NCBI GenBank assembly: GCA_016866975.1 | Contig: VGKP01000016.1 | Span: forward strand, 1 to 15,999 | DNA length: 15,999 nucleotides | Reading direction: 5' to 3' | Source of the DNA: Candidatus Pacearchaeota archaeon | GTDB lineage: Archaea > Nanobdellota > Nanobdellia > Pacearchaeales > GW2011-AR1 | Shown here: one piece after another, positions 8,363-15,898 of the stretch | Numbering within the stretch: position 1 is the stretch's first letter | Layout: each line of letters opens with the position of its first letter | The notes under the pieces: generated by a model | What the model was told of the DNA's origin: nothing | Seen by the model: only the letters and a program-made list of their open reading frames with translations | The model's database searches: none | Translations under genes and position numbers: made by a program

Positions 8363-9400
8363 ATGAACATAACTTTCCTAATGTCCTATATATCGATTGG
8401 TTTTGCAATACTTATCTGGGGTGCTATTGGAGCAGCATTTCTCTATAAATGGAGGTCAACACCAAAGTATATTGGCGAAGAACTTCTGTTACCTAGGAAA
8501 AAATCCTCAGAAACATTTTCAAAAGGAGTTAAAGTACTGTATAGATTATACATAGCAGCATCATTAGTGTTGCCGATTTTTCTCACTCTTTACCTCCCTA
8601 ATAAAATAGAAGATCTACAGAAATTAATATACTCTTCTCCTCAAACATTACAAATCATCTCTGCAGATACTCAAGGACTATCTATGCTCTTCCTATTATT
8701 TATTACTCTTGCTATTTGTACACTTCCCTTATATGGTCTTTGTTCTTTGTACCCTCAATTGTATAGGTTTGCCTTAATCTATAATGCCTTGCGCTGGAAA
8801 AAATATAATCCTAGAATAAAATATCAAGAAAAGATAAATAAAAAAGAACAAAAAGATTTTTTCCAAGAGTACACAACTTCTTACGATCTGAAAAAAGTTG
8901 CAAGCAACGAATGGAGATCTTGCTATGCGGCGTCTTTCTGGATATGGTTTATATTGGGTTTCCTCTTAGTTCTAACATTCGACAATTATACTCGCATTTC
9001 AGAAGAAGGAATTTCTTATAACTCATTTCTCTCTTTCCAAGAAAATAATTATACTTGGAAAGAAGTAAAAAATGCTAGTATATTCATGGAAACAACTATG
9101 AGAGAAGGAAAATTACAAATTACTCCTTTCTTTTCTATTTCTACTCATGACAAGACTTTTTACATTTGGAAAGGTTTTACAGGATTTAGATTAAGAAATC
9201 CTTCCCCAGATACCTTGGAACAAATAGTTATGCAACTTTATAGTCATAATGTCACAATCTACCTCACTCCAATGACTGAACAACAAATGAGACTTCTACA
9301 AGAAAAAATGAATAAAGAGTCGCAAGAATTGGGCAAAAGAATGTTCATCGACATTCAAGAAAAGATCAACTTCCAAAACGAACAAGAAAGAAGAGAATAA
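8363..9400 (+). CDS. Hypothetical multi-pass membrane protein with a C-terminal soluble domain (possibly bacterial-PH-like)
   Basis: 345-aa ORF with about four hydrophobic segments. RISEEGISY...YTWKEV after the last TM resembles bPH-type domains (weak). Confidence 0.6.
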   Translation: MNITFLMSYISIGFAILIWGAIGAAFLYKWRSTPKYIGEELLLPRKKSSETFSKGVKVLYRLYIAASLVLPIFLTLYLPNKIEDLQKLIYSSPQTLQIISADTQGLSMLFLLFITLAICTLPLYGLCSLYPQLYRFALIYNALRWKKYNPRIKYQEKINKKEQKDFFQEYTTSYDLKKVASNEWRSCYAASFWIWFILGFLLVLTFDNYTRISEEGISYNSFLSFQENNYTWKEVKNASIFMETTMREGKLQITPFFSISTHDKTFYIWKGFTGFRLRNPSPDTLEQIVMQLYSHNVTIYLTPMTEQQMRLLQEKMNKESQELGKRMFIDIQEKINFQNEQERRE

Positions 9401-9433
9401 GCTTTTTAAGGCATCAAATCATCCATTTTTACT

Positions 9434-9559
9434 GCCTCCATAGCTCAGTTGGATTAGAGCACAAGTTTTGTAAACTCAAGAACTTTGTTCTTGAGGAGCT
9501 TACGGCGCGTAAGCAGTCGAAACAACTTGGGGTCGGGGGTTCGATTCCCCCTGGAGGCT
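9434..9559 (+). tRNA. tRNA-Thr(UGU) with a 51-nt intron at canonical position 37/38 (intron 9473-9523); CCA not encoded
   Basis: Acceptor stem GCCTCCA/TGGAGGC with U73 discriminator, D stem GCTC/GAGC, anticodon stem CAAGT/ACTTG, T stem GGGGG/CCCCC with TTCGATT loop. Strict BHB: TTTG(9467-9470) pairs with CGAA(9518-9521), 3-nt bulges TAA and ACA, outer helix ACT/AGT. Confidence 0.93.
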
Positions 9560-9567
9560 TAAATATC

Positions 9568-9981
9568 ATGAAAAAGAGTCTAAATATATTATTTATTTGT
9601 AAATATAATCGCTTTAGAAGCAGGATTGCAGAAGCCTACTTTAATAAGATAAATAAAAATCCTAAAATAAAAGCGAAAAGTGCAGGCATTATCAGGGGAT
9701 CTACTCTCGATTCTACTCAAGTAAGAGTGTGTAAAGAAGAAGGTCTGAATATTTCAGGATACCCTAAAGGGATGAGCACAACTCTCCTCAAATGGCAAGA
9801 GATCATAATTGTTGTAGCGGACGATGTGCCTCCTTCGCTCTTCGAAGACAATAAAAAATACGGTAAAAAGCTTCTGATTTGGAAAATTCCAGATAGTAAG
9901 ACAAATAGTGAAGAAGAAATAAGGGGCATTGTTCAGTCTATAAAAACAAATATAGAAAGTTATCTTGAGAGAGTTAAATAA
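9568..9981 (+). CDS. Low-molecular-weight protein tyrosine phosphatase / ArsC-fold protein
   Basis: ILFICKYNRFRSRIAEA P-loop (CX5RS), SAGI, and WKIPD general-acid loop. Confidence 0.85.
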   Translation: MKKSLNILFICKYNRFRSRIAEAYFNKINKNPKIKAKSAGIIRGSTLDSTQVRVCKEEGLNISGYPKGMSTTLLKWQEIIIVVADDVPPSLFEDNKKYGKKLLIWKIPDSKTNSEEEIRGIVQSIKTNIESYLERVK

Positions 9982-10074
9982 AGTATTCTATAGAGGTTTG
10001 CTGGAGTTAATAAGTATCTGTAATTGAGGGTTAGTTCTGGTTGCTGGAATTAATAAGAATCGCGCTGGCGGTTC

Positions 10075-10632
10075 TTATTCATCTACATAGCTCGCCTTCC
10101 CACTCGACACTAGAATCTGTGAAACTTCTTTCTCTAAATTGGCAAGCTGTCCTACGCTGAAAGGCCCGACTGGATTCCCCGCCATATCTATGAATTGCTC
10201 TGTATTTTGAGTGAATAATATCATGGAAAAATTGTTCTGCGGTCTGTCTCTCTTGCCTTGCAATAGCTGTGCAAGTTCCCTCTCTCCCTCTTCAAATGCT
10301 TTCACAAGTTTCTCAAAAAGACTCTGCTCAAATGGAAGCATATTCTCAAAATCTCTCTTCAGAATTCCCGTCTCTGCAGCAACAAAGACCAGATTTAGCA
10401 GCTTTTTCTTTCTCCTCAGTATAAGCTCCTTGAACAATGCCAGGGAGTTTTCAAGTTGTTTCTTAGCCTTTAAGGTAGAGTCCATGAATAGGTCAGTCTC
10501 AGAGGGCGAAACCTCTTTTTTTGTCTGAAGAAAGTCCACAAACTCGAGATGGAATTGCTTTGGTAGCTGTTGCAACGTCTCGCTGTATTTCTCTTTTCTT
10601 ACTATCTCAAACAAATCTTGGTATGTGAGCAT
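10075..10632 (-). CDS. DNA replication complex GINS subunit (Gins51-type, A-domain then B-domain)
   Basis: MLTYQDLFEIVRKEK..LQQLP, RRKKKL, NMLPFEQSLF and C-terminal F..MAG..VGPF..G..ANL....IL...GKA. TTTATAAA at -29..-22. Confidence 0.85.
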   Translation of the reverse strand: MLTYQDLFEIVRKEKYSETLQQLPKQFHLEFVDFLQTKKEVSPSETDLFMDSTLKAKKQLENSLALFKELILRRKKKLLNLVFVAAETGILKRDFENMLPFEQSLFEKLVKAFEEGERELAQLLQGKRDRPQNNFSMILFTQNTEQFIDMAGNPVGPFSVGQLANLEKEVSQILVSSGKASYVDE

Positions 10633-10730
10633 AGAATTTTTAGAAATCTGGACTTTATAAAAAAGAGTGTACTCTGGATGGTAGGAACACTTAAGAAAAG
10701 TCTTTTATACTATTGCGACATGATTTATTT

Positions 10731-11318
10731 ATGAAAGGGGTCAATTATATCTACCTATTTAGGCATGGTCAGACTACTTACAATAGAGACAAAAAATTCA
10801 CTGGCTGGCAAGATCCTCCCTTGACAAGACTAGGAAAAAAGCACGCATCAATCATCGCAAAAAAACTTAAGAATAAAAGATTTGAAATTGCGTTTCAGTC
10901 CTCACTTAAAAGATCAAAAGATACCTTGAAAGAAGTTATAAAATGTCATCCTGAATGCAGGAAAGTCATTACTGATGAAAGAATTAGGGAAAGAAATTAT
11001 GGCTCTCTTAATGGCTTATCTCATGAGCAATTCATCAAGAGATTCGGTAATGAGCGATTTGATAAGATTCATAGGGATTTTAAAACGCGCCCTCCACAAG
11101 GAGAAAGTTTTGCGGATGTAGAAAAACGTGTACATTCCTTCATCAAAGATATTATTAAGATTATTAAAAAAGATAAAATAAATATAGCAATCTCAGCCCA
11201 TGGGAATTCTATACGGCTCTTCAGGAAGATAATAGAAAAAGCTTCAATCAAAGAAACTTGCTCTTGGACGATACCTTATGACCAAGTCTTCACATACAAG
11301 ATAAAAACAGTTTTATAA
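10731..11318 (+). CDS. gpmA: Histidine phosphatase family protein, GpmA-type (2,3-BPG-dependent) phosphoglycerate mutase
   Basis: RHGQT, FTGWQD, ERNYG, PPQGES and AHGNSIR motifs. Start moved from TTG 10713 to ATG 10731, with TTTTATAC at -28..-21. Confidence 0.75.
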   Translation: MKGVNYIYLFRHGQTTYNRDKKFTGWQDPPLTRLGKKHASIIAKKLKNKRFEIAFQSSLKRSKDTLKEVIKCHPECRKVITDERIRERNYGSLNGLSHEQFIKRFGNERFDKIHRDFKTRPPQGESFADVEKRVHSFIKDIIKIIKKDKINIAISAHGNSIRLFRKIIEKASIKETCSWTIPYDQVFTYKIKTVL

Positions 11319-11340
11319 ACCTGATTAGATAGAGATTATC

Positions 11341-12477
11341 ATGTTTGAAGCATTGAAGAAGAAATTCATGTCCTGGGTTGGAAAGGATAAGGAAAAACCT
11401 AAGAAGGTCTCTGTCAAAAAGACAAAGACACCCAAGAAGGAAAAAGAAGACAAGAAAATTAAGAGTTCTTCAAGAGTCCCACTTACTAAAGAAGAGAAAA
11501 TCCAGGAAACAGAAGCAGAACAGATTATCCAGGAAGCATCAACTTCTCTAGAGCAACAGATCCCTGAACCAGCTCAGAATAAAGAAAAAGATGAAGAAAA
11601 GGGTAACTTCTTCACCAAACTTCTAAAGAAGATATCTACTGCAAAATTGACTGAAGGGCAATTCGATGAGTGTTTTGAGGATCTTGAGATAACTCTTCTG
11701 GAGAATAATGTGGCCCTTGAAGCTGTAGATGCAATCAGGACATCTCTTAAAAAAGATCTTGTTGACCAGCAGATAAAAAAGACAGAGGCCGCAGCAAGGA
11801 TAATGGGAGCATTGAAAGAAGCCATTTTATCACTGCTTACTGAACCTCCAAACATTGTTGATAAAATAAAAAGTCATGAGCCTTACATTATCCTGTTTTT
11901 TGGAATCAATGGTACAGGCAAGACTACTTCGGTAGCAAAACTTGCTTACTTTTTGAAGAAACAAGGAATTTCAGTAGTCCTTGCGGCAGCAGACACATTT
12001 AGGGCAGCTTCTATTGAGCAGCTTAAGACTCACTCTGAAAAGATAGGTGTTCCAATGATCTCATCATCTTACGGTGCAGATCCAGCTTCAGTAGCATTTG
12101 AATCTATATCCTATGCGAAAAAAAATAAGACACAGGTTGTCCTGATAGATACTGCAGGCAGGATGTATACAAAAGACAATCTTCTAAAAGAGATGGAAAA
12201 GATAGTCAGGATATCTAAGCCTAATTTAAAACTCTTTGTTGGAGAGAGTATTACAGGAAATGATGCAATAGATCAAGCAAGGACTTTCAATGATACGATA
12301 GGAATTGACGGAGTGATCCTAAGCAAGGCAGACATAGATGAGAAAGCAGGAACAATCCTCTCTGTCTCCCACGTCACTCACAAGCCCATTTATTTCCTCG
12401 GCACAGGCCAAAAATACCAAGACCTCACTCTCTTTACTAAGAAAACAGTTCTGAAGAACTTGGGGCTAGAGCAATGA
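11341..12477 (+). CDS. ftsY: Signal recognition particle receptor FtsY
   Basis: Charged N-terminal region, then NG GTPase domain: GINGTGKTTSVAKLA, DTFRAAS, DTAGR, SKADIDEKAG, GTGQKYQDL. Confidence 0.97.
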   Translation: MFEALKKKFMSWVGKDKEKPKKVSVKKTKTPKKEKEDKKIKSSSRVPLTKEEKIQETEAEQIIQEASTSLEQQIPEPAQNKEKDEEKGNFFTKLLKKISTAKLTEGQFDECFEDLEITLLENNVALEAVDAIRTSLKKDLVDQQIKKTEAAARIMGALKEAILSLLTEPPNIVDKIKSHEPYIILFFGINGTGKTTSVAKLAYFLKKQGISVVLAAADTFRAASIEQLKTHSEKIGVPMISSSYGADPASVAFESISYAKKNKTQVVLIDTAGRMYTKDNLLKEMEKIVRISKPNLKLFVGESITGNDAIDQARTFNDTIGIDGVILSKADIDEKAGTILSVSHVTHKPIYFLGTGQKYQDLTLFTKKTVLKNLGLEQ

Positions 12478-12926
12478 TTTTCCTTCATTTCATACTTGGT
12501 TTGATTGCGGGAGGCCTATATGGGAGCCATACGCTATTTTTTATCGGAGCATCTATGCTTCCAGACATTGACCACCTCTATCTTATTTTCAAGCATAAGA
12601 TATTCCCAATGAAGAGGACGATCAGAGTACTTAAAAAAGAAGAAAAGCACGGCATTCATTTTAAGACTCCTTTTATGCATTCTCTTCTTGGTCTTGCATT
12701 TTTCACTATCTTATTTTATGCTATTACTCAGAGCAATGAATTCACCCTATTATTTGCCTTGATGTATGGTTCTCACCTTCTACTTGACTGGCCTGATATC
12801 GACAAGAAAGAATATCTTTTCCCTTATAGAAAAGAGTTTAAAGGCTTTCTCCCAATCTGGTCAAAGACAGAAAAAGTGATAACATTTATAGCGATAATTA
12901 CTGCCATAATTGTTCACATGGCTTGA
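12474..12926 (+). CDS. Membrane-bound metal-dependent hydrolase (YdjM-like)
   Basis: Hydrophobic protein with H, PDIDH, HS and SHLLLD motifs; ATGA overlap with the ftsY stop suggests translational coupling. Confidence 0.75.
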   Translation: MIFLHFILGLIAGGLYGSHTLFFIGASMLPDIDHLYLIFKHKIFPMKRTIRVLKKEEKHGIHFKTPFMHSLLGLAFFTILFYAITQSNEFTLLFALMYGSHLLLDWPDIDKKEYLFPYRKEFKGFLPIWSKTEKVITFIAIITAIIVHMA

Positions 12927-12982
12927 TTGAGGTGAACAATCTCACCACAATTATATATTAATTTACAACAGCACTTTCTAAT

Positions 12983-13864
12983 ATGAATATGATTATGAAA
13001 AATTCGACAGATTTGATTACTTGCCTTTCGAATTCTCCAGACAGAGAATTTGATGCGAAAAGTACATCCTTTAAGCAAATTCTCTGTAATATAGACTTGG
13101 CAGATTTTGATGGAAGGGAAGAGAGATTGCAAAAAGTTATACGTTATAATAAATATAGCCCCATGTTCTACAGGACAAACCTTCTGATCCATACAAAAAG
13201 GGTTAGATGGATGTTTGAGGATATAATCCCATATCTAGAAAAAGTTTTCCCAGATATGGACGTTGAAAAGGGTCGGATCATTGCAGAGATCCATGATGAT
13301 CCAGAGATAATCACGGGAGATACCTTATATTGCATAAAAAACACAATGTCTCGAGAAGAGACTATAAAGATGAAAGAAGAAGAAGAAAAAGCAATAGATA
13401 TTATCTCAAAAGACTGGCCAAAAAAGATAAATGGTTATTCTTATAAGGATCTTCTCCTGCATGCATCAAGAAAAGACATTATAGAGACCATCGCTATAAG
13501 TTATGTTGATAAGATAGATGCCTGGTGCGAATCTCTCCATGAATTGTTCGCGGGCAATTCAATATTCCATTCGGGAGAGGGTATTTTCAGCCCTCCAGTC
13601 AGGGGTAGGACAATATCTGAATTTCCAGACAAGTTCCCTCAACTTAAGCCTTTGTTTGTTTTTGATCACCCTTTTTTCTCAAGAATTCCTACAATAGATA
13701 AGACAAATATCTTAAGGAATGGTAGCAGACATACATTGAAAAGCATCAGTAAATCTACAGGCATACCTCATTACGACCGATGGAAATACCTCACAATGAA
13801 GAATGGTGGTTTGCAAGGCATATCATGGCTAATAAATCCTGTAGAAAAAATTATAGCTGCTTGA
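12983..13864 (+). CDS. HD-domain phosphohydrolase, YfbR-like 5'-deoxynucleotidase family
   Basis: H (NLLIH), HD (IHDDPEIITGD), D (VDKID) and ELFAGN, resembling YfbR HDASEVLTGD ... EELAAGN. Confidence 0.75.
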   Translation: MNMIMKNSTDLITCLSNSPDREFDAKSTSFKQILCNIDLADFDGREERLQKVIRYNKYSPMFYRTNLLIHTKRVRWMFEDIIPYLEKVFPDMDVEKGRIIAEIHDDPEIITGDTLYCIKNTMSREETIKMKEEEEKAIDIISKDWPKKINGYSYKDLLLHASRKDIIETIAISYVDKIDAWCESLHELFAGNSIFHSGEGIFSPPVRGRTISEFPDKFPQLKPLFVFDHPFFSRIPTIDKTNILRNGSRHTLKSISKSTGIPHYDRWKYLTMKNGGLQGISWLINPVEKIIAA

Positions 13865-14324
13865 ATTTTTCCTCAAATTTATCGAAAAAGGGAAGCAATG
13901 ATGAAAATACTTTATTCCTCGCCTTTTCAATCGTAAAAAATCCTCCTCTGTCAACTTCAGGAAAGGATATCCAGCTTTTGTCTTTTTTCTGTATCTTTAC
14001 CCAGCTCTTGCACACTAATAATCCCGACCAATCTCCTTCTACAGCCCAAAGATGTATCTCTTTTCCATCTTTACGCTTCACGCTCTCAAGAGAAACAAAT
14101 TCTTCTTTTTTCCTAGCAGATATATCGATTCCTGTTTCTTCATTCAGCTCTCTTATTGCAGTCATAAGAAGATCATTCTCTCCTTCATCGGGCTCTCCTT
14201 TCGGAAAATCCCACGCACGCTCATCTTTACCGGCCCAAAATGGACCTCCTGGGTGCACTAAAAATACCTTTAAGCCTTGAAGACTTTTTTTCCATAAAAC
14301 AATTCCTGCGCTTCTTCTAACCAT
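13851..14324 (-). CDS. NUDIX hydrolase (HPGGP-type, COG4119-like)
   Basis: SAGI, HPGGPFW, PKGE, Nudix box GE..EGE......A.REL.EETG, and FPEVDR. Confidence 0.9.
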   Translation of the reverse strand: MVRRSAGIVLWKKSLQGLKVFLVHPGGPFWAGKDERAWDFPKGEPDEGENDLLMTAIRELNEETGIDISARKKEEFVSLESVKRKDGKEIHLWAVEGDWSGLLVCKSWVKIQKKDKSWISFPEVDRGGFFTIEKARNKVFSSLLPFFDKFEEKFKQL

Positions 14325-14368
14325 TTTCTATCTAGGTCGAGACTGATTTTTAATTATTCCTATTTTGC

Positions 14369-14447
14369 GGGAGAATGAACAGAAATAGCAAACAATTTGG
14401 GTAAAATCCTGCAAGGATTTTTCTCTTAATCTCTGTTTAACTCTCCC
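14369..14447 (+). repeat. Structured repeat module 1
   Basis: AATTTGGGT-AAAATCCT-GCA-AGGATTTT (14394-14421) enclosed by GGGAGA..AACAGA / TCTGTT..TCTCCC. Confidence 0.75.
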
Positions 14448-14500
14448 AGAAATTTGCAAAGATTTATTTTTTATGCAATGATGCCAAAGGCAAAACCCAA

Positions 14501-14548
14501 GAAAATCAAAGATTTTCTGAGCGACAAAAACTAAAAGTTTTTGAGCGA
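14501..14548 (+). repeat. Two tandem AAA-triloop palindromes, each followed by GAGCGA
   Basis: GAAAATC-AAA-GATTTTC-TGAGCGA and CAAAAACT-AAA-AGTTTTTG-AGCGA. Confidence 0.75.
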
Positions 14549-14695
14549 ATCAAATTCGGCTTGAGTAAATAAAGTTAGTAAATAAAGGCTGGTTCGATAG
14601 TATGGTTGGGGTTTTAGGGGTTCGGCTTTTTTGGATATTAACTTTATAGTAGTTACAAACGATAGATTTAAATATAGGCAGAGTTATAGGGTATT

Positions 14696-14935
14696 ATGAA
14701 TAAATCGCAGATTTATGGTCCAATTGCAGGAATTCTTTTAGGTATAGCTGGAGCAAGCTATTTTGGTGCACAGGCCTATAACTCTGCGCAAGAACTGAAA
14801 GTGACAAGCAATCCTACTGAAGTAGAAAAGATTGAAAGGGATAAGAAATTCAATCTTTTTATCACTGCAGGTAGTGTATTAGAAATATTGATTGCTGGAA
14901 CAGCATTAAGTGTTGCAAGGAAATCTACTCGTTAG
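14696..14935 (+). CDS. Small membrane protein (79 aa, two hydrophobic helices)
   Basis: TTTAAATA at -29..-22; hydrophobic N- and C-terminal segments around a charged loop. Confidence 0.7.
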   Translation: MNKSQIYGPIAGILLGIAGASYFGAQAYNSAQELKVTSNPTEVEKIERDKKFNLFITAGSVLEILIAGTALSVARKSTR

Positions 14936-14982
14936 AATACCATTGCAATATTTGGCAATTTCGTTTAAGTAAGCGATTGTGG

Positions 14983-15300
14983 GATACCCGCAGGTTCGCA
15001 CTCTGCGGTTAAGCGGAGCGAAAAATCAGTAGACTGAGAATTGCTCACAGCCAAAAGGACAGGGAGAGGGGAAAATTAAAAGCAGTGCGGAAATTGGGGG
15101 GAAGGTGAGCAACCCGCAGGGCGGTATCTCAATTTGGGCGAAGCCAAGCAACATCGGGCTTAAACAACCCGAAGGGCTCGAGCGGAACCTCGAGAGTTTT
15201 TCCGAAGGAAAAATTTGGGAAAATCCTGCAAGGATTTTCTGTTTAAGCCCTGTTCAACGACCCGAGCCCAGCAGGGCGAGAACGCAGAGGGGCAAGCAAG
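14983..15300. other. GC-rich, multi-stem intergenic region; candidate ncRNA or cluster of ssDNA hairpins; contains repeat module 2 (15156-15250)
   Basis: Hand count of 157/300 G+C over 15001-15300; several perfect stems (see findings). Confidence 0.5.
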
Positions 15301-15342
15301 ATTAATTTTAGAGTAATGTTAAGGGTGGGGGAAGGCGACAAA

Positions 15343-15783
15343 TTATGTTAACCCAATAAGAATAGCCAAAGAGATATATGTAGCCAAATTGACTATGAAA
15401 GAAATTTTTAGCAAATCAAAAATTTTAATATTGGCTTTTCTGAAAAATGGAATATACAATCCCCACTCTATGAAAATTGAGAACACAAAAGCAACACCAA
15501 TCCACATTAAATTTTCAGCAGTATAACGATAGAGTGGGACAAATGTTCCAAGCAAAGATGTTACTAAATTAGCAACAAGAACAACCAAAATTAGTTTCCA
15601 AAATCCTGTTTGGACTTTAATCCATTTATTGACTAAAAGCCAGAAAACAAATGCCTCAATTAAAATTATAAATGGGATTAAAGGAACAGTCATAAAGGAA
15701 AGCGGGATGATTATATCTGCTGAAACTAATTTTGGAATAAAAAGAAAAGCCAATAAAGTGATAAATAAAAATTTCTTTTCCAT
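15343..15783 (-). CDS. Hypothetical membrane protein with a signal peptide and about four TM helices
   Basis: Signal-like MEKK...LVSA|D followed by hydrophobic helices; TATTTAAA at -30..-23. Confidence 0.75.
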   Translation of the reverse strand: MEKKFLFITLLAFLFIPKLVSADIIIPLSFMTVPLIPFIILIEAFVFWLLVNKWIKVQTGFWKLILVVLVANLVTSLLGTFVPLYRYTAENLMWIGVAFVFSIFIEWGLYIPFFRKANIKIFDLLKISFIVNLATYISLAILIGLT

Positions 15784-15898
15784 AAGGATTAACTATTTTA
15801 CTGATTTAAATAACTTTCTAAATTTGTCGGCTTCGGGCGGGGGTCTGGAAAATAAGAGATTTAAATTTCTAGCAGAAGAAAAAATTCGACTTAACATC

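Noticed and set aside
8363-9559. Prophage or integrative element at tRNA-Thr
   Set aside because: No integrase and no duplicated tRNA 3' end (attR) were seen in the window.
9568-9981. Thioredoxin-dependent arsenate reductase (arsC)
   Set aside because: It lacks the resolving cysteine pair and has no ars operon context, so no symbol was assigned.
12983-13864. DatZ / Z-genome pathway
   Set aside because: There is no purZ or mazZ and no phage context in the window; only the general YfbR-like family is supported.
342-14280. Antisense and overlapping ORFs in the track (e.g. 342-701, 1684-1887, 1909-2175, 2571-4568, 6420-7193, 7644-8129, 9717-9929, 10211-10528, 11069-11855, 12914-13192, 13780-14280), plus 15629-15907 further downstream
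   Set aside because: They are shadow frames of well-supported genes and have no recognisable motifs.
15061-15105. G-quadruplex
   Set aside because: The G-tracts are irregular and separated by a long loop; weak support.
14983-15300. RNase P RNA or SRP RNA
   Set aside because: I could not find the RNase P GAGGAAAGUCC-type P4 motifs or the SRP helix-8 motif (AGG..GGAA..AGCA) on either strand.
15105-15305. 66-aa ORF on the plus strand
   Set aside because: It has a non-ATG start, runs through palindromic repeats and has no protein-like features; likely spurious.
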